The notes beneath the pieces are model-generated. The model was not told the origin of the DNA. It saw nothing but the letters and a program-made list of their open reading frames with translations, and did no database searches. A DNA stretch of 64,000 bases from an uncultured Verrucomicrobiae bacterium (lineage in GTDB: Bacteria > Verrucomicrobiota > Verrucomicrobiia > Limisphaerales > Palsa-1400), in the NCBI GenBank assembly GCA_963702845.1, contig OY969763.1, positions 1 to 64,000 of the forward strand. The letters are read 5' to 3'. Below, one piece after another: positions 33,263 through 44,702 of the stretch. Both the position numbers and the translations under genes were made by a program. Positions within the stretch are counted from its first letter, which is position 1; the number at the start of each line of letters is the position of its first letter.

Positions 33263-34339
33263 TTACCTTGCTTGCTGGAACACGAAACCTGCGTCGGCTT
33301 TTCGTTGTCGATCGGCAATCAAGGCGGCCAGCGCATCGTAGCGCTTCCTAACCGACGGATCGTTGCTACGCGCCATTTCGAGCCAGGCCCCGGCGCCTTC
33401 GTAATAGGCGACCGGACATTTCTCCCAAACATGATGGCGGCGATACGCCTCGAGATACTCGTCGAAATAGTGGAGGAATGGCGGTTTCGTGAGGATGTCT
33501 TTGTTGAACTCCATTTCCATGGTGGTCCCGCAGCGATCGCCGAAGGCGCAGGCTTGTTCGAGTTGGTCGGACGGGGTGGGGTGGCGATGGAAAAAGTAGT
33601 TGGGTTGTTGGTAAACGAAATCGAAACCGTATTGCTGCCAGTTGGTCCGGCCCTGTGGCCATGACGGAATCCAATATAAAGAAGAGTCCTTTGCGTGGAT
33701 GTAGTTGGAGATGTCAGGGACGTGGTTGGCGGTCCAGGCGCGTTCGAAGAGCCAATAGAAGCCGGCGAGTTCGACATTTTTGTAATGTTTCTCTTTCCAG
33801 CGTTTCAGGACTTCGTCGATATACCATTGCGCGGCGGCGAGCCGGTCCTCTGCTTTGTGGAAGTCGAGTTTTTTGCCGTGGAGGTCGCCCCACTCAGAGG
33901 AAATCTGCAGGCGATCGGGTTTTGAACCGGTGATGGGAGTTGGTAATGCGATGACGACTTTGCGTTTGCGAGCCGGCGTGTGGCCTTGGGCGGCCAAGTC
34001 GCTGAGGAGTCGGTCGAGCGCGGCAATACTTTGGCTGGGCGCGAAGTAAGCGTCCATTAGACTTTGCCAATCGGCCTTGTTGGCGTCGGGACGGCGGCTG
34101 ATTGGACAAAGTCGCTTGCCGGATTTTGCGAAGAATTCTAGAAACAAAAAACCGTCGTAAAGCCATTCGAATTTTCCATTGGTGTCGCGATAAACGTACG
34201 GTTTGAAGCGCTCAGCCGTCCATGGCTGACGGCCTTCGCCGCCGTCGTAGATCAGGACCAGGTCGACGATGGGATTGGTCTGGGACGTCGCGGACATTCC
34301 CGACAGCAATAGTGCAAATGCAATGCTGAGCAGTTTCAT
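33263..34339 (-). CDS. Secreted DUF4855-like protein
   Basis: Signal peptide from ATG 34339 (ATGA overlap); LVLIY, WLYDGFLFL, WYIDE, LAGFYW, YWIP, QPNYFF, EMEF, YYEG. Confidence 0.7.
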   Translation of the reverse strand: MKLLSIAFALLLSGMSATSQTNPIVDLVLIYDGGEGRQPWTAERFKPYVYRDTNGKFEWLYDGFLFLEFFAKSGKRLCPISRRPDANKADWQSLMDAYFAPSQSIAALDRLLSDLAAQGHTPARKRKVVIALPTPITGSKPDRLQISSEWGDLHGKKLDFHKAEDRLAAAQWYIDEVLKRWKEKHYKNVELAGFYWLFERAWTANHVPDISNYIHAKDSSLYWIPSWPQGRTNWQQYGFDFVYQQPNYFFHRHPTPSDQLEQACAFGDRCGTTMEMEFNKDILTKPPFLHYFDEYLEAYRRHHVWEKCPVAYYEGAGAWLEMARSNDPSVRKRYDALAALIADRQRKADAGFVFQQAR

Positions 34340-35628
34340 GGGATGGCGAGATCTCGGAACACGATCATCGATGGGTTGCCGACGGGAGTGTAGTCGCCGG
34401 TGAACTTCAAGCGACCGGTTTTTTTGTCGACGCGGAACGTTGTGACGTGGTCGCTGCGTTGGTTGCAGCAGTAGAGAAATTGGCCGGTTGGATCGAAGTT
34501 GAAGCTGCGGGGATAGTTGCCGCGGGTCCATTCTTCGCCCATATATTTTAACTCGCCGGTTTTGCCGATTGAAAAAATCGCGATGCTGTCGTGGAGGCGA
34601 TTGCCGGCGTAGAGGAATTTGCCGTCAGGTGACACCATGATTTCAGAAGCGAAGCTGCTGCCAGTGAATCCGGATGGCAAGGTGGAGATTGTTTGGCGCG
34701 GGTTGAAGCGGCCAGTTTGCGAATCGTAATCGAAGAGGGCCACGGTGGAGGCTTCTTCCTGGATCGAATAGAACCAGCGGCCGTTTGGATGAAACCAGAA
34801 ATGGCGCGGGCCGTCGCCGGGTGGAAACGAGATTGCTGGCGGATTGTTCGGGAGCAACGCCGCTTTTTGTGCGTCGAATTTCCAGATGAAGATTTTGTCG
34901 AGGGCATTGTCGGCGTGGAAAATGAATTGGCCCGATGGATCGGCGCGGATCATGTGGGCGTGGGTTCGGTCGTGACCGCTGATGGCGAAGCTGCCCGGCG
35001 GCGCGTCGGTGGCGTGTGTAGGCCCGATCGCTCCGGCATCGATTTTAACGTCGGTGGCGGCGGCGAGTGAGCCGTCGGGCTGAATTGGAAGGACTGAGAC
35101 GGAGCCACCGAAGTAATTTGCGACGAGCAGGAATTTTCCAGAGGGATGGACGCTGACATAGGTTGGACCCGCGCCACCCGAAGACACAGTGTTGAGCAGG
35201 CGTAAACTTCCGTCGCGATTGATGGCAAAGGCGCTGATGGTCCCGTCTTTTTTATCACCGACGCGATCGGTTTCATTGGCGGAATAGAGGCGCGTCCCGG
35301 ATTTGTCGAGAGCGAGGCAACTTGGGCTGGTTCCTTGTTCGTATATGGCGCGCGGTGTCATCGCGCCGGTTGTGCGATTTACTTGGAAAATGTGAATGCC
35401 TCGGCCGTTGCCGGGTGGCAGGTCCACCTGAGTTGGTAAGACGTCGTGCAGCGGAGAACTGAAGGTGCCGACGTAGGCTATCAGCGGCGCTTCGTCTCTT
35501 TGGTTTGATTGGGCGTGAAGAAGGCTGAGTGGTGCGAAAGCGAGAAGCGTCGCGAAGTTTTTTAAAATCAAATGTCGGCAAAGGTTCGCCAGCACGTGGA
35601 ACTGAGGTTGCATCGTATTTGAAGACAA
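34336..35628 (-). CDS. Lactonase family protein (6-phosphogluconolactonase-like beta-propeller); start uncertain
   Basis: AYVGTF, SPSCLA, ANE, VANYFGG, HAHMI, GDGPRH, GNRLHDSI, PRSF. Confidence 0.88.
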   Translation of the reverse strand: MSSNTMQPQFHVLANLCRHLILKNFATLLAFAPLSLLHAQSNQRDEAPLIAYVGTFSSPLHDVLPTQVDLPPGNGRGIHIFQVNRTTGAMTPRAIYEQGTSPSCLALDKSGTRLYSANETDRVGDKKDGTISAFAINRDGSLRLLNTVSSGGAGPTYVSVHPSGKFLLVANYFGGSVSVLPIQPDGSLAAATDVKIDAGAIGPTHATDAPPGSFAISGHDRTHAHMIRADPSGQFIFHADNALDKIFIWKFDAQKAALLPNNPPAISFPPGDGPRHFWFHPNGRWFYSIQEEASTVALFDYDSQTGRFNPRQTISTLPSGFTGSSFASEIMVSPDGKFLYAGNRLHDSIAIFSIGKTGELKYMGEEWTRGNYPRSFNFDPTGQFLYCCNQRSDHVTTFRVDKKTGRLKFTGDYTPVGNPSMIVFRDLAIP

Positions 35629-35742
35629 CGCTAAAGATTAACGGGCAAATGCTAAAGAGCTAAGATTTGCCCGCACCGGATTTGCGGTTTAACTGGTCCA
35701 ACCTGCTTTACTAATTATCGGCGCGAGACTACAACGGGAACG

Positions 35743-36699
35743 ATGTTGCGAACGTTTTTTTGCGCGGTGATTTTGATGGTGTTCACGCATTCTACGGGAG
35801 CGTGGAATGCAGTGGGGCATCGCATCATCGCGGAGATGGTTTGGCAAAAGATGAGTGCAGGCGAACGGCGGGCTGCGACTGAGCTTCTGCGACAACACCC
35901 GCACTATAAAGAATTGCTGACGGCAAATGTACCGCGCGGGGTTAACAAAGATGAGTGGGTGTTTTTGACGGCGGCGGTTTGGCCGGACATGGTGCGACCG
36001 AAGCGTTCGGGACGGGTCGAGTCGATTTCCAAATATGACGTTTATCCACATGCGATTGGCTATCCGTTCATGCGACCGGCGGAGACGAATCGCGCGCTGA
36101 TTGAGAATTTCTTCATCGCGAAGCCGGATGCGGAAATGGTGTTGTCGAATGCGTTTGCCACGCTCAAGAATCCGACTGCAACCGCGCATGATCGGGCTGT
36201 GAGTCTGTGCTGGGCTCTGCATTTATGCGGTGATGCGCATCAACCGTTGCACGCGGCGAATCTGGTGACGAAGGAACGTCCGCGCGGTGATGACCTTGGC
36301 GGGCATCACATGGTGCTCGATGGCCACGGAAAAGAGATAAGTATGCACTCGTTCTGGGATTCGCTTCCCGGAGTCGATGGCTCTTATTCCTACGTCGCCA
36401 CCGAAGCAAAGCAGATTGCCAACGATGGCAAACTCAAACAGGCGACGGCGCGGGAGGTTGAGAAGGACAAGACGATTGCGTCGTGGGTGCAGGAGAGTTT
36501 TCGGATCGCGGTGAACTTTGCGTATCAAGGTGGAACCTTGCCGTTCGCCCACGAGTCTGACGTGAAATCAGAAAAGGTGGCGCGGTCGCAGATCCCGCAA
36601 TTAAGTTCTCAATATGTTTCTGAAGCACACGACATCGCGCGCCAGCGTTTGCTTTTGGCTGCGGAACGGGTGACTACCGAACTTAAGCGTGTTTGGTAA
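35743..36699 (+). CDS. S1/P1 nuclease, secreted
   Basis: Signal peptide then WNAVGH, WPD, HLCGDAHQPLH, HSFWD zinc-ligand motifs. Confidence 0.88.
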   Translation: MLRTFFCAVILMVFTHSTGAWNAVGHRIIAEMVWQKMSAGERRAATELLRQHPHYKELLTANVPRGVNKDEWVFLTAAVWPDMVRPKRSGRVESISKYDVYPHAIGYPFMRPAETNRALIENFFIAKPDAEMVLSNAFATLKNPTATAHDRAVSLCWALHLCGDAHQPLHAANLVTKERPRGDDLGGHHMVLDGHGKEISMHSFWDSLPGVDGSYSYVATEAKQIANDGKLKQATAREVEKDKTIASWVQESFRIAVNFAYQGGTLPFAHESDVKSEKVARSQIPQLSSQYVSEAHDIARQRLLLAAERVTTELKRVW

Positions 36700-36705
36700 T
36701 CGAGT

Positions 36706-39285
36706 TCAACGGCTGCTCGCAGTTTGCTTTGGGAACGTAATCCACATGGGCGAAGACCAGGCGAAGTTGCCGGTGGATTCGCTCACGCGGATAAAGATGG
36801 TGTGTTTGCCTTTGAGTGAGGCGGCAGGTCGGTATTCGTATTGGCCTTCGGCGCTTTGGGCTAGCGGTAATTCGTGCGGGATGCCGTCGATGTAGGCTTC
36901 GAGTTTGGTAATCGTGCCTTTGACGGGATGTGCCAGGATTTTAATCGTGGGCGTTTCTGTCACTTCAAATTTTTCTCCCATCCAATGATCGTCGCAGCTG
37001 ACGGCGAGGACGATTTGGTCCATTGCGCCAAAGGTGCGGCGGGCTTGGAGCGCGCGGAAGATATTTTCGCGCGTGGGTTGTTCGGCCCAGACGCAGGCGA
37101 AGCTGGTGCCGGTGGAGAGGTGGTCGCTGCTGGCGATGAAACCGACTTCGTTGCCGCTGGCGAGACCGTTAGTAGCGTCACTTTCGCAGGTGTGATTGCG
37201 GAAGCCTTGATAGATTTCCATGATCGGACGGTGCGTGCGGTCGTTCGTTTTCCAGAGGACGGAATTGAACGGTTGGTGCGGGATGGTGAAGGTGTTGGTG
37301 TCGAGCTCGCGCCAGAATTCAGAATGCGGATAGGTGTGCGGGCGCAGCATGTCGTCGCGAAGTGAAATGACGTTGTGATCGGTGTCGCCGCGACTGCGTT
37401 CGTAGGAATAGAACGGGATGAATTTTCCTTCGAGGGCGTGGCGGTTCACTTCTTTACGGATGCGTTGCCACATCAGCGAGAGCGGGTCGCCCATCGCAAT
37501 GTCGTGGGTGTGATCGGTGACGCCGAGGAAATCCAGCGGGGCGGCGTCGATGCCGTAACGATAGGCGTCGTCCATCGTGCCGTCGCCGGGCCAGAAACAA
37601 AGCGAGATGTCCGTGTGACGATGGAAATCGCCGAAGTAGAGTTCGTAGTGTTTGCCGTTGAGGTCGAAGCTGGGCCGCGCGGGTTTTGCAGGGATGGTAG
37701 CGGCATCTTCTGGTTGAAGATGAATAGTCGTGGGTTGACCGCTTGAGTACGAGTATTGAAGCGTATTAGCATTTTTCAACGAGATGCTGGCGACCGCGAT
37801 GCCGCGTCCGTCGCTTGGTAACGCGTTTTCATCGGCATTTGATTGGTTGCGATTGCGTTTCTGCGCGGCTTTTTTCTTTGGCGCAGGCTCTTCATCGGCG
37901 TCTGCATCATTACCTGGTGCGCGTTTTTTGCTGACGTGTGGGACCACTTTGTCGGGAGCGAGCGCGTCTTCCTGATAGTTTTGTGGATTGCGACGGTCGG
38001 TGCGCCCGAAGGTATAAGCGATAGATATACCGTCGTCGAGTGGCGTCGCATTGATGCGTTGGAGAGCGTCGCCCTGTCCTTTGTCGAAACGGAACAGCTT
38101 TGACCAGATGCCATTTTCAAAGCAGCGCGCATAAATGCCCCAATCGCTTTGAACGTGGGTGGTGCCGGTGATGCCCATCAGCGGCATGTAGAAGTGACGG
38201 TAGACGAGCCAGAGGCGGTTTTTCCCGTCGATGGTCAATTCCGGTGATTGGTAGAATACGCCGAGTTGTTTGATACCAACTGGCGCGTTCCGGCGATTGG
38301 CTGCTTCGGCGAAAGACTTTTGCGGGACTTCAAATTCCCGCACCGAGGAGTTGTCCTCGGCAACTTCGGCAAGGTGCAATTTTCTGAAGCGATGCACTGA
38401 ACCGATGTCGTCGCTCATTTTTTGCGAATCTTTTTTGGCGTCGGTACGGACTTGGTACGCTTTGCCCCAATTCGGACCGTCCTCTTCCCAGGCCAGCCAA
38501 ACACGGCCGTTCTGATCAGAGGCGAGGCTGGTGTTGGCGTTGAAATTGGACGACGTGGTGACGTTCATGATTTTGCCCCACGCGGCATTGTGAAGTTGGC
38601 GGGTGCGGATGTTGTAGGTGGTGCCGTCGAAAGAATCCCATGCGATCACGACATCGCCAGACGACGTTGCTGTGATGCTGGGATGCCAATCGCCGCGAGG
38701 TGAATCGCTGATTTGAATGGCTTCCGCGCTGCTGCTGTTCTCGAGTTTTTTGATCTCGCGCGCGAAGATGTCGAATTGTCCATGATTGTCGGCTTGCCAG
38801 ACGAGCCAGATACCGCCGTCAGCCGCTGCTGCAACGCGATGGCTTACGCACGTGCCGCTGCCATTGCTGACGCGTGTTGGTGTTGCGAAAACGCCATCTC
38901 GATTTCGAAACGTGGCGAAGCTGGCCCATTTGCCGTCCACCACTGTTTCGTAGGTGAGCCAGATGTTGCCGGCTTTGTCGCTGGTGAGAGTTGGATTGGC
39001 GCAATCGGCAGTGTCCAGTGTGATTTGCTTTTTCTCGAGCCACTTGTTGGCCGCATCACGAATGCCAAACCAGACGAGGTCGCGCTTGGAAGGCTGGAAC
39101 TCGAGCCAGGTCACGTAGGTTTTGCCATCGGCGGAAACGACAGAGGCGTCGTAGAAGAGCGGCTTGTCCAATGATGCGCAGCGAACGGTTTCGTCAGCTT
39201 TGTCGTATTGGAAATATTGGACGGCGTGCGATCGCGGCGCGGCGCTGAGCAAGGCGAGACAAATGCAGGCAGTGATAGTTTTCAT
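36706..39285 (-). CDS. Secreted protein: beta-propeller-like repeats plus C-terminal PHP-like metallohydrolase
   Basis: Signal peptide from ATG 39285; repeated P...G.IW..W units; GDFHRHT, DFLGVTDH, HN, IPH, EIYQG, GFIASSDH. Confidence 0.7.
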   Translation of the reverse strand: MKTITACICLALLSAAPRSHAVQYFQYDKADETVRCASLDKPLFYDASVVSADGKTYVTWLEFQPSKRDLVWFGIRDAANKWLEKKQITLDTADCANPTLTSDKAGNIWLTYETVVDGKWASFATFRNRDGVFATPTRVSNGSGTCVSHRVAAAADGGIWLVWQADNHGQFDIFAREIKKLENSSSAEAIQISDSPRGDWHPSITATSSGDVVIAWDSFDGTTYNIRTRQLHNAAWGKIMNVTTSSNFNANTSLASDQNGRVWLAWEEDGPNWGKAYQVRTDAKKDSQKMSDDIGSVHRFRKLHLAEVAEDNSSVREFEVPQKSFAEAANRRNAPVGIKQLGVFYQSPELTIDGKNRLWLVYRHFYMPLMGITGTTHVQSDWGIYARCFENGIWSKLFRFDKGQGDALQRINATPLDDGISIAYTFGRTDRRNPQNYQEDALAPDKVVPHVSKKRAPGNDADADEEPAPKKKAAQKRNRNQSNADENALPSDGRGIAVASISLKNANTLQYSYSSGQPTTIHLQPEDAATIPAKPARPSFDLNGKHYELYFGDFHRHTDISLCFWPGDGTMDDAYRYGIDAAPLDFLGVTDHTHDIAMGDPLSLMWQRIRKEVNRHALEGKFIPFYSYERSRGDTDHNVISLRDDMLRPHTYPHSEFWRELDTNTFTIPHQPFNSVLWKTNDRTHRPIMEIYQGFRNHTCESDATNGLASGNEVGFIASSDHLSTGTSFACVWAEQPTRENIFRALQARRTFGAMDQIVLAVSCDDHWMGEKFEVTETPTIKILAHPVKGTITKLEAYIDGIPHELPLAQSAEGQYEYRPAASLKGKHTIFIRVSESTGNFAWSSPMWITFPKQTASSR

Positions 39286-39322
39286 GGATACAACGGAATG
39301 GACGCTGACGGCTGCGTTATTG

Positions 39323-41563
<2,241 letters not shown>

Positions 41564-41611
41564 CTAAGGCTAAAGGTTAAAGTAGGAACAGGAAGTTTGA
41601 TGGAAAGCTCG

Positions 41612-41822
41612 AAAATAAAGGATTCCTTTTTTTAGGGTTAAAGAAGCTTAAACAAGTTTAAAGAAGTTTAATTCCTCCATTGAGCGCGCGTGGTTCTGTG
41701 CAGCAGGAGTTTAATTTTTCTACTCCCGCGTGCCGATTGTCGTGATTTATCGCGTTGTAGTTTGATAAAAAGAATCCTTTTTTTGGTGTCAGAAGGTGAC
41801 AGAAGGTGACAGAAGGTGATAC
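41612..41822. repeat. Two AT-rich units, each followed by three 10-bp tandem repeats
   Basis: AAGAAGCTTA AACAAGTTTA AAGAAGTTTA (41641-41670) and AGAAGGTGAC AGAAGGTGAC AGAAGGTGAT (41791-41820), each preceded by TCCTTTTTTT. Confidence 0.7.
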
Positions 41823-42031
41823 GTTCGCTTTAAAGATTTTTTGATTTTTGCGGTGCAAGCCGTTACGAAGCCGGACAATCCGACATAAACCGGTAGGTGG
41901 CCGGTACGGTTTCGTTGGTTAATGGTGGCTGGGTCGGATACCAGGGCGGCGACGCCCACTGCAAATGGCTCGTAATCCAAGATCATCGAATCGGTTCTGG
42001 TCACAAAAACTTCTGAGATTTCAATTTTCAT
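41789..42031 (-). CDS. Hypothetical 80-aa ORF
   Basis: Preceded by TG-t-TAAAGT-6 nt-ATG, the same geometry as other genes here; no recognisable domain. Confidence 0.3.
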   Translation of the reverse strand: MKIEISEVFVTRTDSMILDYEPFAVGVAALVSDPATINQRNRTGHLPVYVGLSGFVTACTAKIKKSLKRTYHLLSPSVTF

Positions 42032-42049
42032 GGACCGACTTTAACAAAG

Positions 42050-42076
42050 TCACTTGGACAAAGGCTGTCCAAGTGA
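42050..42076. promoter_or_regulatory. Perfect inverted repeat (operator-like)
   Basis: TCACTTGGACA-AAGGC-TGTCCAAGTGA (11-5-11). Confidence 0.6.
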
Positions 42077-42167
42077 AATTATTTTTAAAATAATTCCAAC
42101 AGCCGGATTTAGGTCGGCATTCGGTTCTAAATCTCAGCTTGGCCTTGGGCGGCATCCTCCGGAAGCT

Positions 42168-43328
42168 CTATAGGAGTTCCAGCAGCCGATGCAGCTCGGC
42201 ATCGGTGTTGTAAAAGTGCGGAGAGAGGCGGATGAATTGTTGCTGAGCACGGTTGGCGCGCAGGCTGGTGATGATCCCAGCGGCTTCGAGTTTTTGGTGG
42301 AGAGCGTGCAAGTCGCCGAGTTCCGCGCCTTCGCGGTAGAAGCTCGTAATGCCGCTGACGTGCTCTTTTGGAGCATCTGCCTGCACCACGGTATAGCCTT
42401 TGGCTTGGAGAGCGGAGACGAGCATCTGGCGTTTGCGCAGGAGTTCGGCGGCGATGTTTTCGATGCCGATCTCGAGTAGCAGTTCCATCGAGGCGTGGAG
42501 GCCGACGAGGCCGAGAAAGTTTTCGCTGCCAGCTTCGTAACGACGGGCGTCAGGTGGATAGACGATCTGTTCCTGGGCGACGTAGTTTGGGCAACGGACG
42601 TTGTGCCAGCCGTAAATGGGCGGACGGAATTTTTCCTGGAGGTCTTTGCGGACGTAGAAGATTCCGGCGGCCAACGGGCCAAGGAGCCATTTGTGGGCGT
42701 CGGCGGCGAGGAAGTCGACGTGATCGACGCGCGTGGGGAATGCGCCGAGGCTTTGGATGCCGTCGACGCAAAAGAGAATGTTCCGCTCGTGCAATGCCTT
42801 GCCGATGGCGTTGAGATCGAGACGATAGCCTGACACAAAATGGTTCGAGGCGAGCGCGACCATTTTGGTGTTTTCGTCAACTTGACCGATGACATCAAGG
42901 GCGCGGATGCGGCCGTATTCACGGATGTTGAGCAACCGCACTTCAACGCCGCGATCGGCAAGAGCCATCCACGGGTAAACGTTCGACGGATAATCGTCGA
43001 AGTAGATGACAATATTGGTGCTCTTGCGCCAGTTGAGGCCGCTGGCGACGTAGCTCAAGGCGAGGGAGGTCGGGCCGACGAGCGCGATTTCTTCGGGTTT
43101 TGCGCCGAGCATTTGCGCGGCGAGGGAGCGCGTTTTTTGGACGAAGCCCTCCGGCACGATTGCTTCCTGATCGGCGAGGGTGCAGTTGAGAGCGTAATTG
43201 CGCACAGCTTCGGAGACGCGTCGCGGCAATGGGCAGACGCCGGCGTGGCCCAAAAATACTTTGTTGCGCGTGACGGGGAATTCGTGGTTGCGCAATTCTT
43301 CGTTACTGAGGATTTCCTGGAGAGTCAT
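42168..43328 (-). CDS. Class V PLP-dependent aminotransferase/C-S lyase-like enzyme
   Basis: FLGHAGVCP, DYPSNVYPW, VDGIQSLG, DAHKWLLGP (PLP lysine), RYEAGS, IRLSPHFYN; start MTLQEIL at 43328. Confidence 0.88.
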   Translation of the reverse strand: MTLQEILSNEELRNHEFPVTRNKVFLGHAGVCPLPRRVSEAVRNYALNCTLADQEAIVPEGFVQKTRSLAAQMLGAKPEEIALVGPTSLALSYVASGLNWRKSTNIVIYFDDYPSNVYPWMALADRGVEVRLLNIREYGRIRALDVIGQVDENTKMVALASNHFVSGYRLDLNAIGKALHERNILFCVDGIQSLGAFPTRVDHVDFLAADAHKWLLGPLAAGIFYVRKDLQEKFRPPIYGWHNVRCPNYVAQEQIVYPPDARRYEAGSENFLGLVGLHASMELLLEIGIENIAAELLRKRQMLVSALQAKGYTVVQADAPKEHVSGITSFYREGAELGDLHALHQKLEAAGIITSLRANRAQQQFIRLSPHFYNTDAELHRLLELL

Positions 43329-43333
43329 TTTAG

Positions 43334-43472
43334 TCGTAGCGCAGATTTCCAAACCTACTGTATCGCCGATTTCCAAATCGGCAGGTGTTGAAAGTGGTGG
43401 CGTTGTGCGAGTGTCGATGCAGCGCAGGTTTGGAAACCTGCGATACGGCAGACTTGGAAGTCTGCGATACGA
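43334..43472. repeat. REP doublet/REPIN-like palindromic element
   Basis: Terminal inverted repeats TCGTAGCGCAGATTTCCAA / TTGGAAGTCTGCGATACGA; four related subunits, two per arm. Confidence 0.75.
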
Positions 43473-43489
43473 AAGCGTGGCAAGCCATA

Positions 43490-44491
43490 TTACTTCATGT
43501 TCATTACGTCATTGAGCGTCTGGAAGTAACCAAGATAAAACGAGACTATCTTCCACGCCACCAGCAGGGCAACGCAGCCATAGACGATTTTCGGAAAGAT
43601 TATGCCAGCCAATTTTAAATTCCTACTGCCTTCGTCGCGATACATGACGTGCAATCGGGTCAGCGCTTCGTCGAGTTGGCCGGAAACTTCGCCGGTATGG
43701 TAAAGATTGACGAAAGGCTCGGGAAAGACGCGCGAGGAGGTGACCAACTCGGCCGGGGTCGAGCCGCGTTCAAGGTCCATTCTCCAACCGGTGACGGTTC
43801 GGCGAAGGGCAGGGGAGCCGCTGGCGGTGGCGGCGAGTTCCCATCCGGAGATAATCGGCACACCAGCGTTCAAGAGCGCTTCGAGCGCGGCGGAGAGCCG
43901 AGCCAGCGCAAGTTGCCGACGGGCTGTGCCGAGGATCGGAATCGGGCTGGCAATTTTTTCAATGATCGAACGCCACTTTTCGCCATGCCGCCCCTGGCAC
44001 GCGTAAATTATGAAACCGACGACCGCGTAAATCGGTATGAGAATTCCCAAGGTTTGCAGGACGAACTTCGTCGAATTGCTGGTACGAAAAAATTCAATGA
44101 ACGGAAAAATAAACACGGCCATGTGAAACAGAAACGCCGGATAAAGCAGACCTGAAATAACGGAGCGCAAGGTCTGGGCGCGTTCGGTATAATAAAGACT
44201 CAACAACTTGAAACATTGATCGAGGCGACCGCTCTTATCACCGGCTTCGACGAGCGCGGCGTCGAACTCGGGAAATCCACCGGCTGCGGCAAAGGCTTCG
44301 GTAACGGTATGTCCTTCGCGCAGAAGTTGCGCGACGTTCGTCATGGCTTTGCGAGCGGAGTTACTGACGGGATTGCGCTCCATCATTTCCAGGACGTTGA
44401 TCATGGGAATGCCCGAACTGACCAGCATTGCAAGCTGGTGATACAGTTCGGCGCGATTGACTAATTGCCTTGGACTGACGATGAACGCCAC
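43490..44491 (-). CDS. Orphan GspF/PilC family protein
   Basis: YHQLAMLVSSGIP, AGDKSGRLD, LLYPAF, LLNAGVP, TGEVSGQLD. Confidence 0.85.
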   Translation of the reverse strand: MAFIVSPRQLVNRAELYHQLAMLVSSGIPMINVLEMMERNPVSNSARKAMTNVAQLLREGHTVTEAFAAAGGFPEFDAALVEAGDKSGRLDQCFKLLSLYYTERAQTLRSVISGLLYPAFLFHMAVFIFPFIEFFRTSNSTKFVLQTLGILIPIYAVVGFIIYACQGRHGEKWRSIIEKIASPIPILGTARRQLALARLSAALEALLNAGVPIISGWELAATASGSPALRRTVTGWRMDLERGSTPAELVTSSRVFPEPFVNLYHTGEVSGQLDEALTRLHVMYRDEGSRNLKLAGIIFPKIVYGCVALLVAWKIVSFYLGYFQTLNDVMNMK

Positions 44492-44655
44492 GAGAGGAGT
44501 AAACAGCCGGCTTTAGGAAGGCACAACAGCGAAGTGTTCGGGTGCGACCTAAATTGGATCGCGGAATTACGACCCAACGCACGTCGGCATAACGCAGCGT
44601 TGCATCGGGCGGGCGTTTCTCATTTTACTGCAAGCCCCTTATTGAGATAGTCAGG

Positions 44656-44684
44656 TTGCGGATGAGGGTTGGATGTGGTATTCT
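44656..44684 (+). promoter_or_regulatory. Candidate sigma70 promoter of ftsH
   Basis: TTGCGG-17 nt-(TGg)TATTCT. Confidence 0.55.
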
Positions 44685-44702
44685 CTGGCAAAATTTACTA
44701 CA

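Noticed and set aside
41641..41820. Short repeats as a CRISPR array
   Set aside because: 10-bp tandem units, no unique spacers, no cas genes
42050..42076. Palindrome as a dif site or LexA box
   Set aside because: Spacer is 5 bp and arms do not resemble XerC/XerD sites; does not match TGTTC-N4-GAACA
42168..43328. Calling the class V enzyme a SufS/IscS cysteine desulfurase
   Set aside because: No catalytic Cys loop (RxGxHC or SSGSAC) is visible near the C-terminus, and there are no Fe-S genes adjacent
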